Shown here piece after piece: positions 10,031-20,479 of a DNA stretch of 64,000 bases. The notes beneath the pieces are model-generated. The model worked only from the letters and a program-made list of their open reading frames with translations. It ran no database searches and was not told the DNA's origin. How positions within the stretch are numbered: position 1 is the first letter of the stretch; each line of letters begins with the position of its first letter. The stretch comes from Gammaproteobacteria bacterium. GTDB lineage: Bacteria > Pseudomonadota > Gammaproteobacteria > Ga0077536. The stretch covers positions 2,848,001-2,912,000 of the forward strand of contig CAXXLL010000003.1 in assembly GCA_963662545.2 (NCBI GenBank), read 5' to 3'. The position numbers and the translations under genes are program-made.

Positions 10031-10732
10031 TCAAGCGGGGTCTGACACACTCTCCCGCTCCGGGTCGATCGCGGTCAAGTGCAGCAGCGCCCGTTCGGTC
10101 ACTTCGACGGTACGCATAATATGTGTCTCGGTAGCCTTGCAGGCAGCGGCCGCGTCGCGCGCCAGCGCCGCTTCCATGATCTCCTGGTGCTCGGCGCGAA
10201 CGTCGCGGCTCTCGTCGTGTTCGAGAATGGAAATGAGCCGGTAGCGTTTGTGTTGTTCGTAAAGGGAGCGGCGAAGATTGAGCAGACGCTTGGAATCGCA
10301 GGCGGCGATCAAGGCTTCGTGAAACTCGTCGTTGCGGGCCTCCCACTCTGGAATGTTCTCGTCGCGCTCGGCGTCGGCTTTCGACATGCGGTGAAAAGCC
10401 GCGAGTATCGAAGCCTCCCAGTCGGTGTCGCCGTAGCGGATACTTTCGCGAATCGCCTCACTTTCGAGCAGGATGCGCAGACGCGTGATCTCGTTCAGGT
10501 CCTTGAGCGAAACGGGCGCGACGCGGAAACCACGCTGTCCCTCGGCCGTTACAAAGCCTTCGCCCGCCAGACGGTTCAGGGCTTCGCGCAGCGGACTGGC
10601 GCTGGTCTGGTAGTCCTGGCGCAACTCTTCAATACGAAGCTTGGCCTGCGGCGCGAGCCGACCGGCAATAATATCGTCGCGCAATTGGGCATACGCCGAT
10701 TCGCTGAGCGTTTTTACCGTTGCATTCGACAT
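10031..10732 (-). CDS. GntR/FCD-family repressor (AphS/PhcS/BphS-like)
   Basis: wHTH SPLREALNRL..EG.V..QRGFRV; FCD domain FHEALI; divergent from the meta operon. Confidence 0.88.
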   Translation of the reverse strand: MSNATVKTLSESAYAQLRDDIIAGRLAPQAKLRIEELRQDYQTSASPLREALNRLAGEGFVTAEGQRGFRVAPVSLKDLNEITRLRILLESEAIRESIRYGDTDWEASILAAFHRMSKADAERDENIPEWEARNDEFHEALIAACDSKRLLNLRRSLYEQHKRYRLISILEHDESRDVRAEHQEIMEAALARDAAAACKATETHIMRTVEVTERALLHLTAIDPERESVSDPA

Positions 10733-10795
10733 AGCTGAGCGTCTCGGCAGCGATTTCAAGGACGCCGGGAAAACGGCCTCACCCCGAGATCTGGC

Positions 10796-10852
10796 AAAAT
10801 TCTATCGATTTAATTAAATAATGTCGATATTTTTGACCTACGTCGATATAAT
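10796..10852. promoter_or_regulatory. Divergent promoter/operator region with three TCGAT cores and a candidate sigma70 promoter
   Basis: TCGAT at 10805, 10824 and 10843 (19-bp period); TCGATA(10824)-N17-TATAAT(10847). Confidence 0.5.
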
Positions 10853-10930
10853 CGCGCGGCCCGATGACCACACTTTCGGTCAATCCGTAGTGCGAAAATC
10901 CCGGAATAAGATAGAGAGGACATCTCGCTC

Positions 10931-11740
10931 ATGGCCCTGGAACTCTATACCCATCCGATGTCCCCCTGTGCACAGAAAGTCCGCATCGTGCTGACAGAAA
11001 AGGACCTCGAATGGCACAAAGTCCATGTCGACCTGCCGGGCAAGGCCAACCTTGAACCGGAATATCTCAAGTTGAATCCGCTCGGTGTGGTGCCGACCTT
11101 GGTCGACGATGGCCACACGATCATCGAATCCTCGATCATCTGCGAATATCTCGAGGATAAATTCCCGACGCCCGCGCTCCGGCCCGAAGATCCTTACCAG
11201 GTCGCAACAATGCGCTTCTGGATGAAGCACATCGACAACAAGGTGCATCCGTCCTGCGGTGCCTTGCAGTGGCCGCTCGTAATGGCGGACAAGCTCAAGA
11301 CGATGAGCGAAGACGAGAAGCAGAAAATGATCGACCGGGTCGTGGAGAAGCCAAGACGCGAACGGCAACGGCGATTGCTGAAGCTCGGTTACGAAGCGCC
11401 GGATGTACTGGACGCGGTCGGCATATACGAGAAAACGATCGCGGACATGGACGACCTGCTGTCGTCGCAGGCATGGCTTGCCGGCGATAAATATTCCCTC
11501 GCCGATGCGGCCATGGCGCCCTACTTCCAGACACTGTTCCAGTTCGGCTGGAAAGAATGGTATGCCGATCGCGAGCACGTCGCCGACTGGTACGAGCGTT
11601 GCCGCGCAAGGGCCTCCTATCGCGATGGTGTCGCTGCTGATTTTTCGGCAGACAAATTGAAGGAATTAGGTGATCGCGGCGCGCCGGCGTGGACGAAAAT
11701 CCAGTCACTTCTTATTGGCGTCAAACAGCAAGCCGCTTGA
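10931..11740 (+). CDS. Long-form glutathione S-transferase (LigF/PcpC-like architecture)
   Basis: SPCAQKVR, LNPLGVVPTL, ESSIICEYLED, long helical insert, YSLADAA. Confidence 0.88.
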   Translation: MALELYTHPMSPCAQKVRIVLTEKDLEWHKVHVDLPGKANLEPEYLKLNPLGVVPTLVDDGHTIIESSIICEYLEDKFPTPALRPEDPYQVATMRFWMKHIDNKVHPSCGALQWPLVMADKLKTMSEDEKQKMIDRVVEKPRRERQRRLLKLGYEAPDVLDAVGIYEKTIADMDDLLSSQAWLAGDKYSLADAAMAPYFQTLFQFGWKEWYADREHVADWYERCRARASYRDGVAADFSADKLKELGDRGAPAWTKIQSLLIGVKQQAA

Positions 11741-11758
11741 TCGTCGGGGATAGAGACG

Positions 11759-13255
11759 ATGTCGACACAGACGAAAGCAGTCATCGCACCTGAGCTTGCC
11801 GAACTCAAGAATTTCATCGACGGTGAATTCGTCGTATCGAGCGAGGCGAAGACATTCGAGACCCACGATCCAACCGTGGGCCGGCCGTTTGCCCTTGTTC
11901 ACGAAGCGAGCGCGGCCGACGTCGACCGCGCGGTTCAGGCCGCCCGGCATGCGCTCGATGGTGACTGGGGCTGTATGTCGATCGCCGGGCGTAGCGAACT
12001 CCTTTTCAAACTGGCCGACCGCATCAACCAACGTTTCGATGAATTCCTCGAGGCCGAATGTCGGGATACCGGCAAGCCGTACTCGCTCGCGCGGCACATC
12101 GATATCCCGCGTGGCGCAGCCAATTTCAAGGTATTCGCCGATATCGTCCGCAACGTGCCGACCGAGTGTTTCCGCATGGAAACCCCGGACGGCGCCGGCG
12201 CCCTGAATTACGGGGTGCGCGTGCCCAAGGGTGTGATCGGGGTCATCTGCCCGTGGAACCTGCCGCTATTACTCATGACCTGGAAAGTCGGCCCGGCGCT
12301 TGCCTGTGGTAATACCGTCGTGGTCAAGCCGTCTGAGGAGACGCCGGCGAGTGCGACCCTGCTGGGTGAAGTGATGAACGAAGTCGGCGTGCCGCCTGGC
12401 GTCTACAACGTGATCAACGGCTTCGGTGCCGGTTCGAGTGGTGAGTTCCTGACGCAGCATCCGGGTGTCGATGCCATCACCTTCACCGGCGAGACCGTCA
12501 CGGGAACGGCGATCATGCAGCACGCCGCGGTCGGGGTACGGGACGTCTCTTTTGAACTCGGCGGTAAGAACGCCGGCGTCGTCTTTGCCGATGCGGATTT
12601 CGATCAAGCGGTGGACGGCATCACCCGCGCGATATTCGCCAACTGCGGGCAGGTCTGTCTCGGTACGGAGCGCGTGTACGTGGAACGCCCGATATTCGAC
12701 CGTTTCGTCGAAGCGCTCAAGGCGCGCGCCGAAGGATTCAAGTTCGGCATCCCGTCGGACCCATCGACCAGCATCGGCCCCATGGTCAGCAGCCAGCAGC
12801 GCGACAAAGTGTTGTCTTATTACGAACGCGCACGAACGCTTGGCGCCGAAATCGTCACGGGCGGCGGCATCCCTGACATGCCGGCCGAGCTTGTGGAGGG
12901 TTTCTGGATCGAACCGACCCTGTGGACCGGCTTGCCCGAGGATTCGCCGATCGTTACTGAAGAGATCTTCGGACCCTGTTGTCATCTGCGGCCGTTCGAC
13001 GAAGAAGACGAAGTCCTTGGGCTCGCAAACCATACCGATTACGGCCTGTGCACCACCATCTGGACGCAGAACGGGCCGCGCGCGCATCGCATCGCAGAGC
13101 AGATCAACGTCGGCATCACCTGGGTGAACTGCTGGTTTCTGCGTGATTTACGTACGTCGTTCGGCGGTTCCAAGCATTCTGGGATCGGCCGTGAGGGCGG
13201 CGTACATTCGCTCGAGTTCTACACCGAACTGCGAAACGTGTGCATGAAATTGTAA
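11759..13255 (+). CDS. dmpC: 2-hydroxymuconic semialdehyde dehydrogenase
   Basis: HIDIPRGAANF, PWNLPLLLMTWKV, FELGGKN, GQVCLGTER, WFLRDLRT. Confidence 0.94.
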   Translation: MSTQTKAVIAPELAELKNFIDGEFVVSSEAKTFETHDPTVGRPFALVHEASAADVDRAVQAARHALDGDWGCMSIAGRSELLFKLADRINQRFDEFLEAECRDTGKPYSLARHIDIPRGAANFKVFADIVRNVPTECFRMETPDGAGALNYGVRVPKGVIGVICPWNLPLLLMTWKVGPALACGNTVVVKPSEETPASATLLGEVMNEVGVPPGVYNVINGFGAGSSGEFLTQHPGVDAITFTGETVTGTAIMQHAAVGVRDVSFELGGKNAGVVFADADFDQAVDGITRAIFANCGQVCLGTERVYVERPIFDRFVEALKARAEGFKFGIPSDPSTSIGPMVSSQQRDKVLSYYERARTLGAEIVTGGGIPDMPAELVEGFWIEPTLWTGLPEDSPIVTEEIFGPCCHLRPFDEEDEVLGLANHTDYGLCTTIWTQNGPRAHRIAEQINVGITWVNCWFLRDLRTSFGGSKHSGIGREGGVHSLEFYTELRNVCMKL

Positions 13256-13275
13256 ATAAATACGGACACACCGTC

Positions 13276-14061
13276 TTGAATAAAAAGAAAATCGAACAAT
13301 TTGGCGACGCCCTTTACGATGCCATGATCACGCGCGAAACCATCGACCCGCTGACCGAGCAGGCGCCCGACATCCAAGTCGAGGACGCCTATCAAATTTC
13401 CCTGCGCATGCTCGAGCGGCGGACTGCTGCCGGAGAAAGCGTCATCGGCAAAAAGATCGGTGTCACCAGCAAGGCTGTCATGGATATGCTCCAGGTCTAC
13501 CAGCCGGACTTCGGATTTCTGACGAATCGGATGATGTTTTCCACCGGCGCCGAAGTACCCGCCAGTACCGAAATGATCCAACCGCGGGCGGAAGGCGAGA
13601 TCGCCTTCATTCTGAAAGACCGTCTCGCGGGGCCGGGCGTGACCAACGCCGATGTGCTTGCCGCGACCGATTTCGTCATGCCGTGCTTCGAAGTTGTCGA
13701 TTCGCGAATTCGCGACTGGAAGATCAAGATCCAGGATACCATTTCAGACAACGCTTCCTGCGGGGTCGTCGTCATGGGCGACCGCGCGGTTAAGCCGACG
13801 GAAGTCGATTTAAGTACTTGCGGCATCGTCGTGGAACTCAACGGCGAGATCATTTCTACCGGCGCCGGGGCCGCGGCGCTGGGCTCCCCGGTCAACTCCG
13901 TTACGTGGCTAGCGAATACGCTGGGGTCATTCGGAATCGAACTCGAAGCGGGCGAAGTGATCCTCTCGGGTTCACTCGTGCCGCTGCAGCCGGTTAAGGC
14001 CGGCGACAATATGCATCTGGCGATCGGCGGCATCGGCCAATGTTCGGTCAGGTTCGTCTGA
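13276..14061 (+). CDS. dmpE: 2-oxopent-4-enoate hydratase
   Basis: GKKIGVTS, QPDFG, EVVDSRIRDWKI..DT.SDNAS; TTG start at 13276 inferred. Confidence 0.9.
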   Translation: MNKKKIEQFGDALYDAMITRETIDPLTEQAPDIQVEDAYQISLRMLERRTAAGESVIGKKIGVTSKAVMDMLQVYQPDFGFLTNRMMFSTGAEVPASTEMIQPRAEGEIAFILKDRLAGPGVTNADVLAATDFVMPCFEVVDSRIRDWKIKIQDTISDNASCGVVVMGDRAVKPTEVDLSTCGIVVELNGEIISTGAGAAALGSPVNSVTWLANTLGSFGIELEAGEVILSGSLVPLQPVKAGDNMHLAIGGIGQCSVRFV

Positions 14062-14096
14062 ACAGGTAACACATCAAGGGAAACGAGGAGCGCATC

Positions 14097-15005
14097 GTGA
14101 CAGTCAATGCAGCGTTAATCGGATCGGGCAACATCGGCACCGATCTCCTGATCAAGGCCCTGCGCAGCGAATCGATCAACCCGGTCTGGATGGTCGGCAT
14201 CGACGCGGACTCCGACGGCTTGGCCAGAGCCAGGGCCGCCGGTTTAAAAACGACCCACGAAGGCATCGACGGACTTCTGCCGCACATCACCGAAGACGAT
14301 ATCCAGATGGCCTTCGATGCGACCTCGGCCTATGTCCATGCCGAGAACGCGCGCAAGATGGCGGCGAAAGGCGTTTTCATGATCGACCTGACGCCTGCTG
14401 CCATCGGTCCTTATTGCGTACCCACGGTGAACTTGAAGGAGCACGTGGGCAGACAGGAGATGAACGTCAACATGGTCTCGTGCGGCGGCCAGGCCACCAT
14501 TCCCATGGTTGCCGCAATATCGCGCATCCAGCCCGTCGCCTACGGCGAGATCATCGCCACCGTGGCGAGCAAATCGGCCGGCCCCGGCACGCGCAAGAAC
14601 ATCGACGAATTCACGCAAACGACGGCGCGCGGCGTCGAGCAGGTCGGCGGCGCCGAGAAAGGCAAGGCGATTATCATCCTGAATCCAGCCGAGCCCCCAT
14701 TGATCATGCGCGATACGGTGCACTGCCTGACCACTGACACACCCGATGAGCCCGCGATCACGCAATCGGTGCACGCCATGATCGCCGAGGTGCAGAAATA
14801 CGTGCCCGGCTACCGGCTCAAGAACGGACCCGTGTTCGACGGCAAGCGCGTGTCGATTTTCCTCGAGGTCGAGGGCCTGGGCGACTATCTGCCCAAGTAT
14901 GCCGGCAATCTGGACATCATGACCGCGGCCGCGCTCAGAACGGGCGAGATGTTCGCCGAGGAAATCATGGACGGTACCCTGAGCTTGTCGGCCGTCAACG
15001 CCTGA
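14097..15005 (+). CDS. dmpF: Acetaldehyde dehydrogenase (acylating)
   Basis: [30 protein letters not shown]. Confidence 0.95.
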   Translation: MTVNAALIGSGNIGTDLLIKALRSESINPVWMVGIDADSDGLARARAAGLKTTHEGIDGLLPHITEDDIQMAFDATSAYVHAENARKMAAKGVFMIDLTPAAIGPYCVPTVNLKEHVGRQEMNVNMVSCGGQATIPMVAAISRIQPVAYGEIIATVASKSAGPGTRKNIDEFTQTTARGVEQVGGAEKGKAIIILNPAEPPLIMRDTVHCLTTDTPDEPAITQSVHAMIAEVQKYVPGYRLKNGPVFDGKRVSIFLEVEGLGDYLPKYAGNLDIMTAAALRTGEMFAEEIMDGTLSLSAVNA

Positions 15006-15018
15006 GGGGATCATCGAC

Positions 15019-16056
15019 ATGGATCTCAAAGGAAAGAAGGTCAAGCTTCACGACATGTGCCTGCGCGACGGCATGCATGCCAAGCGGCATCAAATTTCAA
15101 TCGAACAGATGGAGGTCGTCGCAACCGCGCTCGACGAGGCCGGCGTACCCCTGATAGAAGTAACCCACGGCGACGGGCTCGGCGGCGCGTCGATCAACTA
15201 CGGCTTCCCGGCGCACACCGACGAAGACTATCTCAATGCCGTCGTGCCGCTTATGAAGCAGGCCGGGGTCTCGGCGCTGCTCATTCCGGGGATAGGCACC
15301 GTCGATCATTTGCACACGGCCAGGGATTGCGGTGTATCTACTATTCGCATCGCCACTCACTGCACCGAAGCCGACGTTTCCGAACAGCACATCGCCGAAT
15401 CTCGGAAGCTCGGTCTGGATACCGTGGGTTTCCTGATGATGGCACACATGGTTTCGCCCGAGGATCTCCTGGCGCAGGGCAAACTCATGGAGTCCTACGG
15501 CGCGAATTGCATTTACTGCACGGACTCCGCCGGCTGCATGCTGCCCGACGATGTCACCGATCGCATCGGTGCGCTACGCGCCGGGCTCGAAGCCGATACC
15601 GAGATCGGATTCCACGGCCATCACAACCTGGCGCTGGGCGTGGCGAATTCCTTGGCAGCCATCGAAGCAGGTGCGGCGCGGATCGACGGCTCTGCCGCGG
15701 GGCTCGGTGCGGGCGCAGGTAATACGCCGCTCGAAACCTTCGCCGCGGTGCTCGACCGCATGGGTGTCGCGACCGGCATCGACGTGTTCAAGCTGATGGA
15801 TGTGGCAGAAGACATCGTCACGCCGATGATGGATCAACCCATCCGCGTCGACCGCGACTCCCTGATCCTGGGTTACGCGGGCGTCTACTCTTCATTCCTG
15901 CTGCATGCGAAGCGCGCCGGTGAAAAATACGGCGTCCCTTCGAGTGAAATCTTAGTTGAACTCGGCGAACGCAAGACCGTCGGTGGACAGGAAGACATGA
16001 TCGAGGATGTCGCACTCAATCTTGCGCATCGACGCAAAGCGGAAAATGCGCCGTGA
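15019..16056 (+). CDS. dmpG: 4-hydroxy-2-oxovalerate aldolase
   Basis: [41 protein letters not shown]. Confidence 0.95.
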   Translation: MDLKGKKVKLHDMCLRDGMHAKRHQISIEQMEVVATALDEAGVPLIEVTHGDGLGGASINYGFPAHTDEDYLNAVVPLMKQAGVSALLIPGIGTVDHLHTARDCGVSTIRIATHCTEADVSEQHIAESRKLGLDTVGFLMMAHMVSPEDLLAQGKLMESYGANCIYCTDSAGCMLPDDVTDRIGALRAGLEADTEIGFHGHHNLALGVANSLAAIEAGAARIDGSAAGLGAGAGNTPLETFAAVLDRMGVATGIDVFKLMDVAEDIVTPMMDQPIRVDRDSLILGYAGVYSSFLLHAKRAGEKYGVPSSEILVELGERKTVGGQEDMIEDVALNLAHRRKAENAP

Positions 16057-16841
16057 CGCTCGATTCAGCGACGATCACAGTGCTCGCGAACCGGCTCGAG
16101 GAAGCCGAGCGCAAGCGTGCGCCGATCACCAAGATCACGGACGAATTTCCGGATTTGGACTTCGAAGATGCCTATGCCATCCAGAACGCGATCCGGGACA
16201 GCAAGATCAATGCCGGGTCAAGGGTTGCCGGGCTCAAGGCTGGCCTGACCTCGCAGGCCAAGATGAAACAGATGAACGTCGACGAGCCGGTGTTCGGGTT
16301 CCTGTGCGACGCCGGCGCTTTTCCCGACGGAGCCGGGATCGAAATGGATCGTTTCATCGCGCCGCGGATCGAGGCCGAAATCGCTTTCCTGACCAACACG
16401 GAACTCACGGGTCCGGGCTGTCACTTGGCGCAAGTGCTGGCGGCGACGGAATTCGTCATGCCGGCCGTCGAAATCTTAGATTCCCGCTATGAGAATTTTC
16501 GTTTCGATCTGATCAGTGTGGTCGCCGACAACACTTCAGCGGCGGGATTCGTCACCGGCGGGCGGGCGCGCAAGGTCGGCGCGCTCGACTTGAGAACCTT
16601 AGGGCTGGTGGTCGAGAAGAATGGCAGTGTAGTCGAAGTTGGAGCGGGGGCCGCGGTTCTGGGGCATCCGGCGGCATCGGTTGTCATGTTGGCCAATCAC
16701 CTCGCGCGCAGCGGTGAAACCATTCCGGCGGGGTCTTTTGTCATGACCGGCGGCATTACCGCGGCGCTAGCGGTGGAGCGGGGCGACAATATTGCGGTGC
16801 GATTCCAGGATCTCGGGTCCGTTTCGATGCGGTTCGTCTGA
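16053..16841 (+). CDS. dmpH: 4-oxalocrotonate decarboxylase
   Basis: [42 protein letters not shown]. Confidence 0.92.
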   Translation: MTLDSATITVLANRLEEAERKRAPITKITDEFPDLDFEDAYAIQNAIRDSKINAGSRVAGLKAGLTSQAKMKQMNVDEPVFGFLCDAGAFPDGAGIEMDRFIAPRIEAEIAFLTNTELTGPGCHLAQVLAATEFVMPAVEILDSRYENFRFDLISVVADNTSAAGFVTGGRARKVGALDLRTLGLVVEKNGSVVEVGAGAAVLGHPAASVVMLANHLARSGETIPAGSFVMTGGITAALAVERGDNIAVRFQDLGSVSMRFV

Positions 16842-16904
16842 GGGCGGGCCGCGGGATATGTGGTTCGAGCAAGATAGAATACGGGTGAGGGGAGAAAAAA
16901 ATCA

Positions 16905-17876
16905 GTGTGGGGTTTACAAGGAAGGCGCGCTGAACGGGTAGCGCCGGGCGTGATCGTCGCCATGGCGATTATCCTGACAGCTTGCGAAGCGCCGCTCGTG
17001 CTCGACGGCGTCGAGCGGATGCGGTCGCAGCCGATTCACCGTACCGACCGCTATCAAGCAGCGGCACGGGTCGACGACCACGTGGTCGTGGTCGGCAGCC
17101 AGGGTGTGGTGCTGCGGTCGTCGGATAAAGGTGCAAGCTGGAAGCGCCTCGAACTCGAGGGCTGGCCCGCCTTGATCGACATAGTCTCCTGCCCCGACGG
17201 CAGTTTCGCCGCGCTGGCTTACGAACAGACGGTTTACCTGTCGACGGACCAGGGGACGACCTGGTCTGAAAAAGCGATCAATACGCCAGAAACTCCGCAG
17301 TCGATTACGTGTGCACCGGACGGCACGCTCTGGGTCGTTGGCAGTTATACCTCGATCTGGACGAGTTCCGATGCGGGCGACAACTGGGCGGAAACCGCGC
17401 TCGGCGAAGACACGATCCTGACCACGGTGCAGTTTTTCGACGCGGACAATGGCTTGATCACAGGCGAATTTGGCATCGTGCTCAAGACTAGCGACGGTGG
17501 TGAAAACTGGGAAAGGCTGCCCGCTATGCCCGGTGAATTCTATTCACAGGAGGCCTATTTCGCGGATCCGTCCACCGGTTGGAGCATCGGTCTTGGCGGT
17601 TCGATCTGGTATACGACGGACGGCGCGCAGACGTGGACGCAGCAGCCGACCGGCACGGCCGTGTCACTCTACGGTATCGAATCCGTCGACGGGCGGCTCT
17701 ATGTCATCGGGGGTGAGGGCACCATGCTGTCGTATCGCGACGGCGCCTGGCACGCGTTCGATCACGGCAAGCCGGTCAGGCTCTACATCCGTGCCATCGC
17801 GGCGCTGGGTGGCGGACAGGTGTTGATCGGCGGCGTGGGCGGGTCACTCCACGTGGTCGACACCGGCGGGGCCTGA
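16905..17876 (+). CDS. YCF48-like BNR/Asp-box beta-propeller lipoprotein
   Basis: Lipobox ILTAC; five Asp-box repeats (SSDKGASW, STDQGTTW, SSDAGDNW, TSDGGENW, TTDGAQTW); exact start uncertain. Confidence 0.85.
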   Translation: MWGLQGRRAERVAPGVIVAMAIILTACEAPLVLDGVERMRSQPIHRTDRYQAAARVDDHVVVVGSQGVVLRSSDKGASWKRLELEGWPALIDIVSCPDGSFAALAYEQTVYLSTDQGTTWSEKAINTPETPQSITCAPDGTLWVVGSYTSIWTSSDAGDNWAETALGEDTILTTVQFFDADNGLITGEFGIVLKTSDGGENWERLPAMPGEFYSQEAYFADPSTGWSIGLGGSIWYTTDGAQTWTQQPTGTAVSLYGIESVDGRLYVIGGEGTMLSYRDGAWHAFDHGKPVRLYIRAIAALGGGQVLIGGVGGSLHVVDTGGA

Positions 17877-17887
17877 AGGGCAGCACG

Positions 17888-20278
17888 GTGGATACCAGCC
17901 GGATTTTCCCCGCCTTCGGTCGGCTTCTGTTCGACAACCGCAAGACGGTACTGTTTCTCATCCTCGCCGTCACGATTGCCTTCGCAACGCAGATACCCGC
18001 GGTGCGCATGCTGTCCGATTTCGCCGATCTGCTGCCCCAGAATCATCCGTATATCAAGCTGCACAACAGCATCCGCGATACTTTCGGCGGCGCGAACATC
18101 ATCATCATCGCGCTCGAAGTCGAAGAGGGCACGATTTTCAACGGTGACACCCTCGATCGCATCCATCGCATCACGCAGAAACTCGATAGCGTTTCCAACA
18201 TCAATCACAACCTCGTCACCAGCCTGACGCACCGGAACACGCGCAAGATCTGGCTGACGCCGGACGGCACGATCAAGTCGACGCCTTATTACAACCCGCA
18301 TCACGAACTCTATACGCAGGAAGATCTGGAGAAGATCAAGCGCGACGTGGTGTCGAGTACGCGGGTGTTCGGGCTGCTGGTATCGCCGGACCTCAAATCC
18401 GCCCTCATCAAGGGAACCTTGAACGAAGGACAGCTCGACTATGGCAAGGTATTTAAGGAGCTGCAGCAGATTCGCGACGAAGAATCCGCGCCGGGCGTCC
18501 GCATCTATGCCAACGGGCATCCGGTGCTGGCGGGGTGGGTCGATTCCTACTCGCCCCAGATATTGCAGATTTTCCTCTACACTATCTTGATAGTACTGGC
18601 GATCCTGGTCGTGTATTCGCGCCGGCTCTACGGGGTGCTGCTGCCGCTGATCGGCATGATCATCACCAGTATCTGGGGCGTCGGCTTCATGGGGCTGTTC
18701 GGCTACAACCTCGATCCCCTCATGCTGGTCGTACCCTTTCTCATCTCCGCGCGCTCGATGTCGCACGGCATTCAGAAAGTCGAGCGTTATTTTCTCGAGT
18801 TGTCGCGCACCGGCGACCGGGACGAGGCGGCGCGCAATACCTTCAATTCGTTGTTCAGGCCCGGCGGACTCGCTATCGTCGCCGATGCCTGCGCGCTGGC
18901 GCTGATCGGTCTCGGGTCAGTGCCGATCAACGACAAGATGGCCGTCTACGCCTCGTTCTGGGCCCTGTGCATGGTGGTGACTGTCCTGATCGTCGTGCCG
19001 ATGCTGTTGTCCGTGTTGCCGCAGCCGAAGAACGTTGCACTCAAGCACGGCGTGATTCGAAAGATCTTTCCGAAGCTGGCACAAGTGACCGGGACGCGTA
19101 CGCGCTCGCTCGCGGTGCTCTGGTCCTGCCTGTTCATCGGTATCGCCTCCACCTATTTCGCCTCCTGGGTCCAAATCGGCGAGCCCGAACCGGGTTCGCC
19201 GCTGCTGTTCCGCGATCATGATTTCAATATTTCCTCGAAAGTGATCAACGAGCGTTTTCCGGGCTCCGAAGAGCTCTTCATCATTGCGCGAACCAACGCG
19301 AAGAACGGCCTCAAGCGGCCGGAAGTTTTGCGCGCGCTGGCTGACTTTCAGGCGCACATGATGTACGACGACACGCTCGGCGGCACCAAGGGCGTACCGG
19401 ACCTGGTGACACAGGTCAACCGCATGACGCGCAACGACGATCCGCGCTGGGCGGTGGTGCCGGCGCTCAACAACGAGATCGGCGGCCTCATGTTCATGTA
19501 CATGATGTCGGCGCCGATCCCGGGTGCGCTGCTCGAATTCCAGGATACCGACGACCGCGTCGCGAACATCGTCTTTTATTACAAGGATCACACCGGTGAG
19601 ACCATCCGGCGCGCCATCCACATGGCCAAGGAGTGGATCGAGCAGACCGGCAGCCAGATCGAGGGCCTGAGCATCGAACTCGCGGGCGGACCGGTCGGTG
19701 TGACGGCGGCGATCGACGAGGAAGCCTACGCGACCAACGTCATCGTCGTGCCCGCCGTGCTGATATTGATCCTGCTCTTCACCCTCTGGTTCTACTCGTC
19801 GCTTCACGCGGGCGTCATGATCCTGGCGGCGATGACGTTCGCGACCACGCTCTCCTACGCCTGCATGGGAATTCTGGGCCTGGGGCTCAACGTCAATACC
19901 GTTCCCATGATCGCGGTGGGCATCGGTTTGGGCGTCGATTACGCAATCTATATGATGGACCGCATCAAGGAAGAGGTACACATGGCGGACTCGCTGCAGC
20001 AGGCGATCACGCGTTCGGTGAGCACCACCGGCATGGCCATTGCGATTACTGCGACGACGCTCATCGGCGGCATCATCATGTGGATATTCGTATCGGACCT
20101 GCGCTTCCAGGCAGACGCTGCAAAGCTCTTGTTCATCATGCTGGTGCTGAACGCCGCCGCCGCAATGTTCCTGGTGCCGGCCTGGATCAATATCTTCAAG
20201 CCGCGCTTCATCATGCAGGCCGCTGAAGAACGCTGGGAGCTCGGGAACGGCTCGACTGTCGATGAAGTGGCGGCCTAG
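17888..20278 (+). CDS. MMPL/RND-superfamily membrane transporter
   Basis: 796 aa with two repeats of TM, periplasmic loop and TM bundle; GIGLGVDYAIY motif. Confidence 0.88.
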   Translation: MDTSRIFPAFGRLLFDNRKTVLFLILAVTIAFATQIPAVRMLSDFADLLPQNHPYIKLHNSIRDTFGGANIIIIALEVEEGTIFNGDTLDRIHRITQKLDSVSNINHNLVTSLTHRNTRKIWLTPDGTIKSTPYYNPHHELYTQEDLEKIKRDVVSSTRVFGLLVSPDLKSALIKGTLNEGQLDYGKVFKELQQIRDEESAPGVRIYANGHPVLAGWVDSYSPQILQIFLYTILIVLAILVVYSRRLYGVLLPLIGMIITSIWGVGFMGLFGYNLDPLMLVVPFLISARSMSHGIQKVERYFLELSRTGDRDEAARNTFNSLFRPGGLAIVADACALALIGLGSVPINDKMAVYASFWALCMVVTVLIVVPMLLSVLPQPKNVALKHGVIRKIFPKLAQVTGTRTRSLAVLWSCLFIGIASTYFASWVQIGEPEPGSPLLFRDHDFNISSKVINERFPGSEELFIIARTNAKNGLKRPEVLRALADFQAHMMYDDTLGGTKGVPDLVTQVNRMTRNDDPRWAVVPALNNEIGGLMFMYMMSAPIPGALLEFQDTDDRVANIVFYYKDHTGETIRRAIHMAKEWIEQTGSQIEGLSIELAGGPVGVTAAIDEEAYATNVIVVPAVLILILLFTLWFYSSLHAGVMILAAMTFATTLSYACMGILGLGLNVNTVPMIAVGIGLGVDYAIYMMDRIKEEVHMADSLQQAITRSVSTTGMAIAITATTLIGGIIMWIFVSDLRFQADAAKLLFIMLVLNAAAAMFLVPAWINIFKPRFIMQAAEERWELGNGSTVDEVAA

Positions 20279-20479
20279 CAGCGATCAATTCGACGGAAGG
20301 AATGTACTAGTGACCCGGATTTTGAAGCGATTGTTGCGGAATACCAACGCGCCGTTGGTTTATTGTGCGAAAGCCGTTGATCTTCTGCTGAGCTTGGCTT
20401 TGAATGGCGCAATCGCGCACAACAATAGGTCGCCGCGCGGGTATGAGCGGCACTTTGACGCATGAGTATTGGGGGAAAT

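Noticed and set aside
16842-16904. Expected position of dmpI after dmpH
   Set aside because: Only 63 bp, too short for a tautomerase gene.
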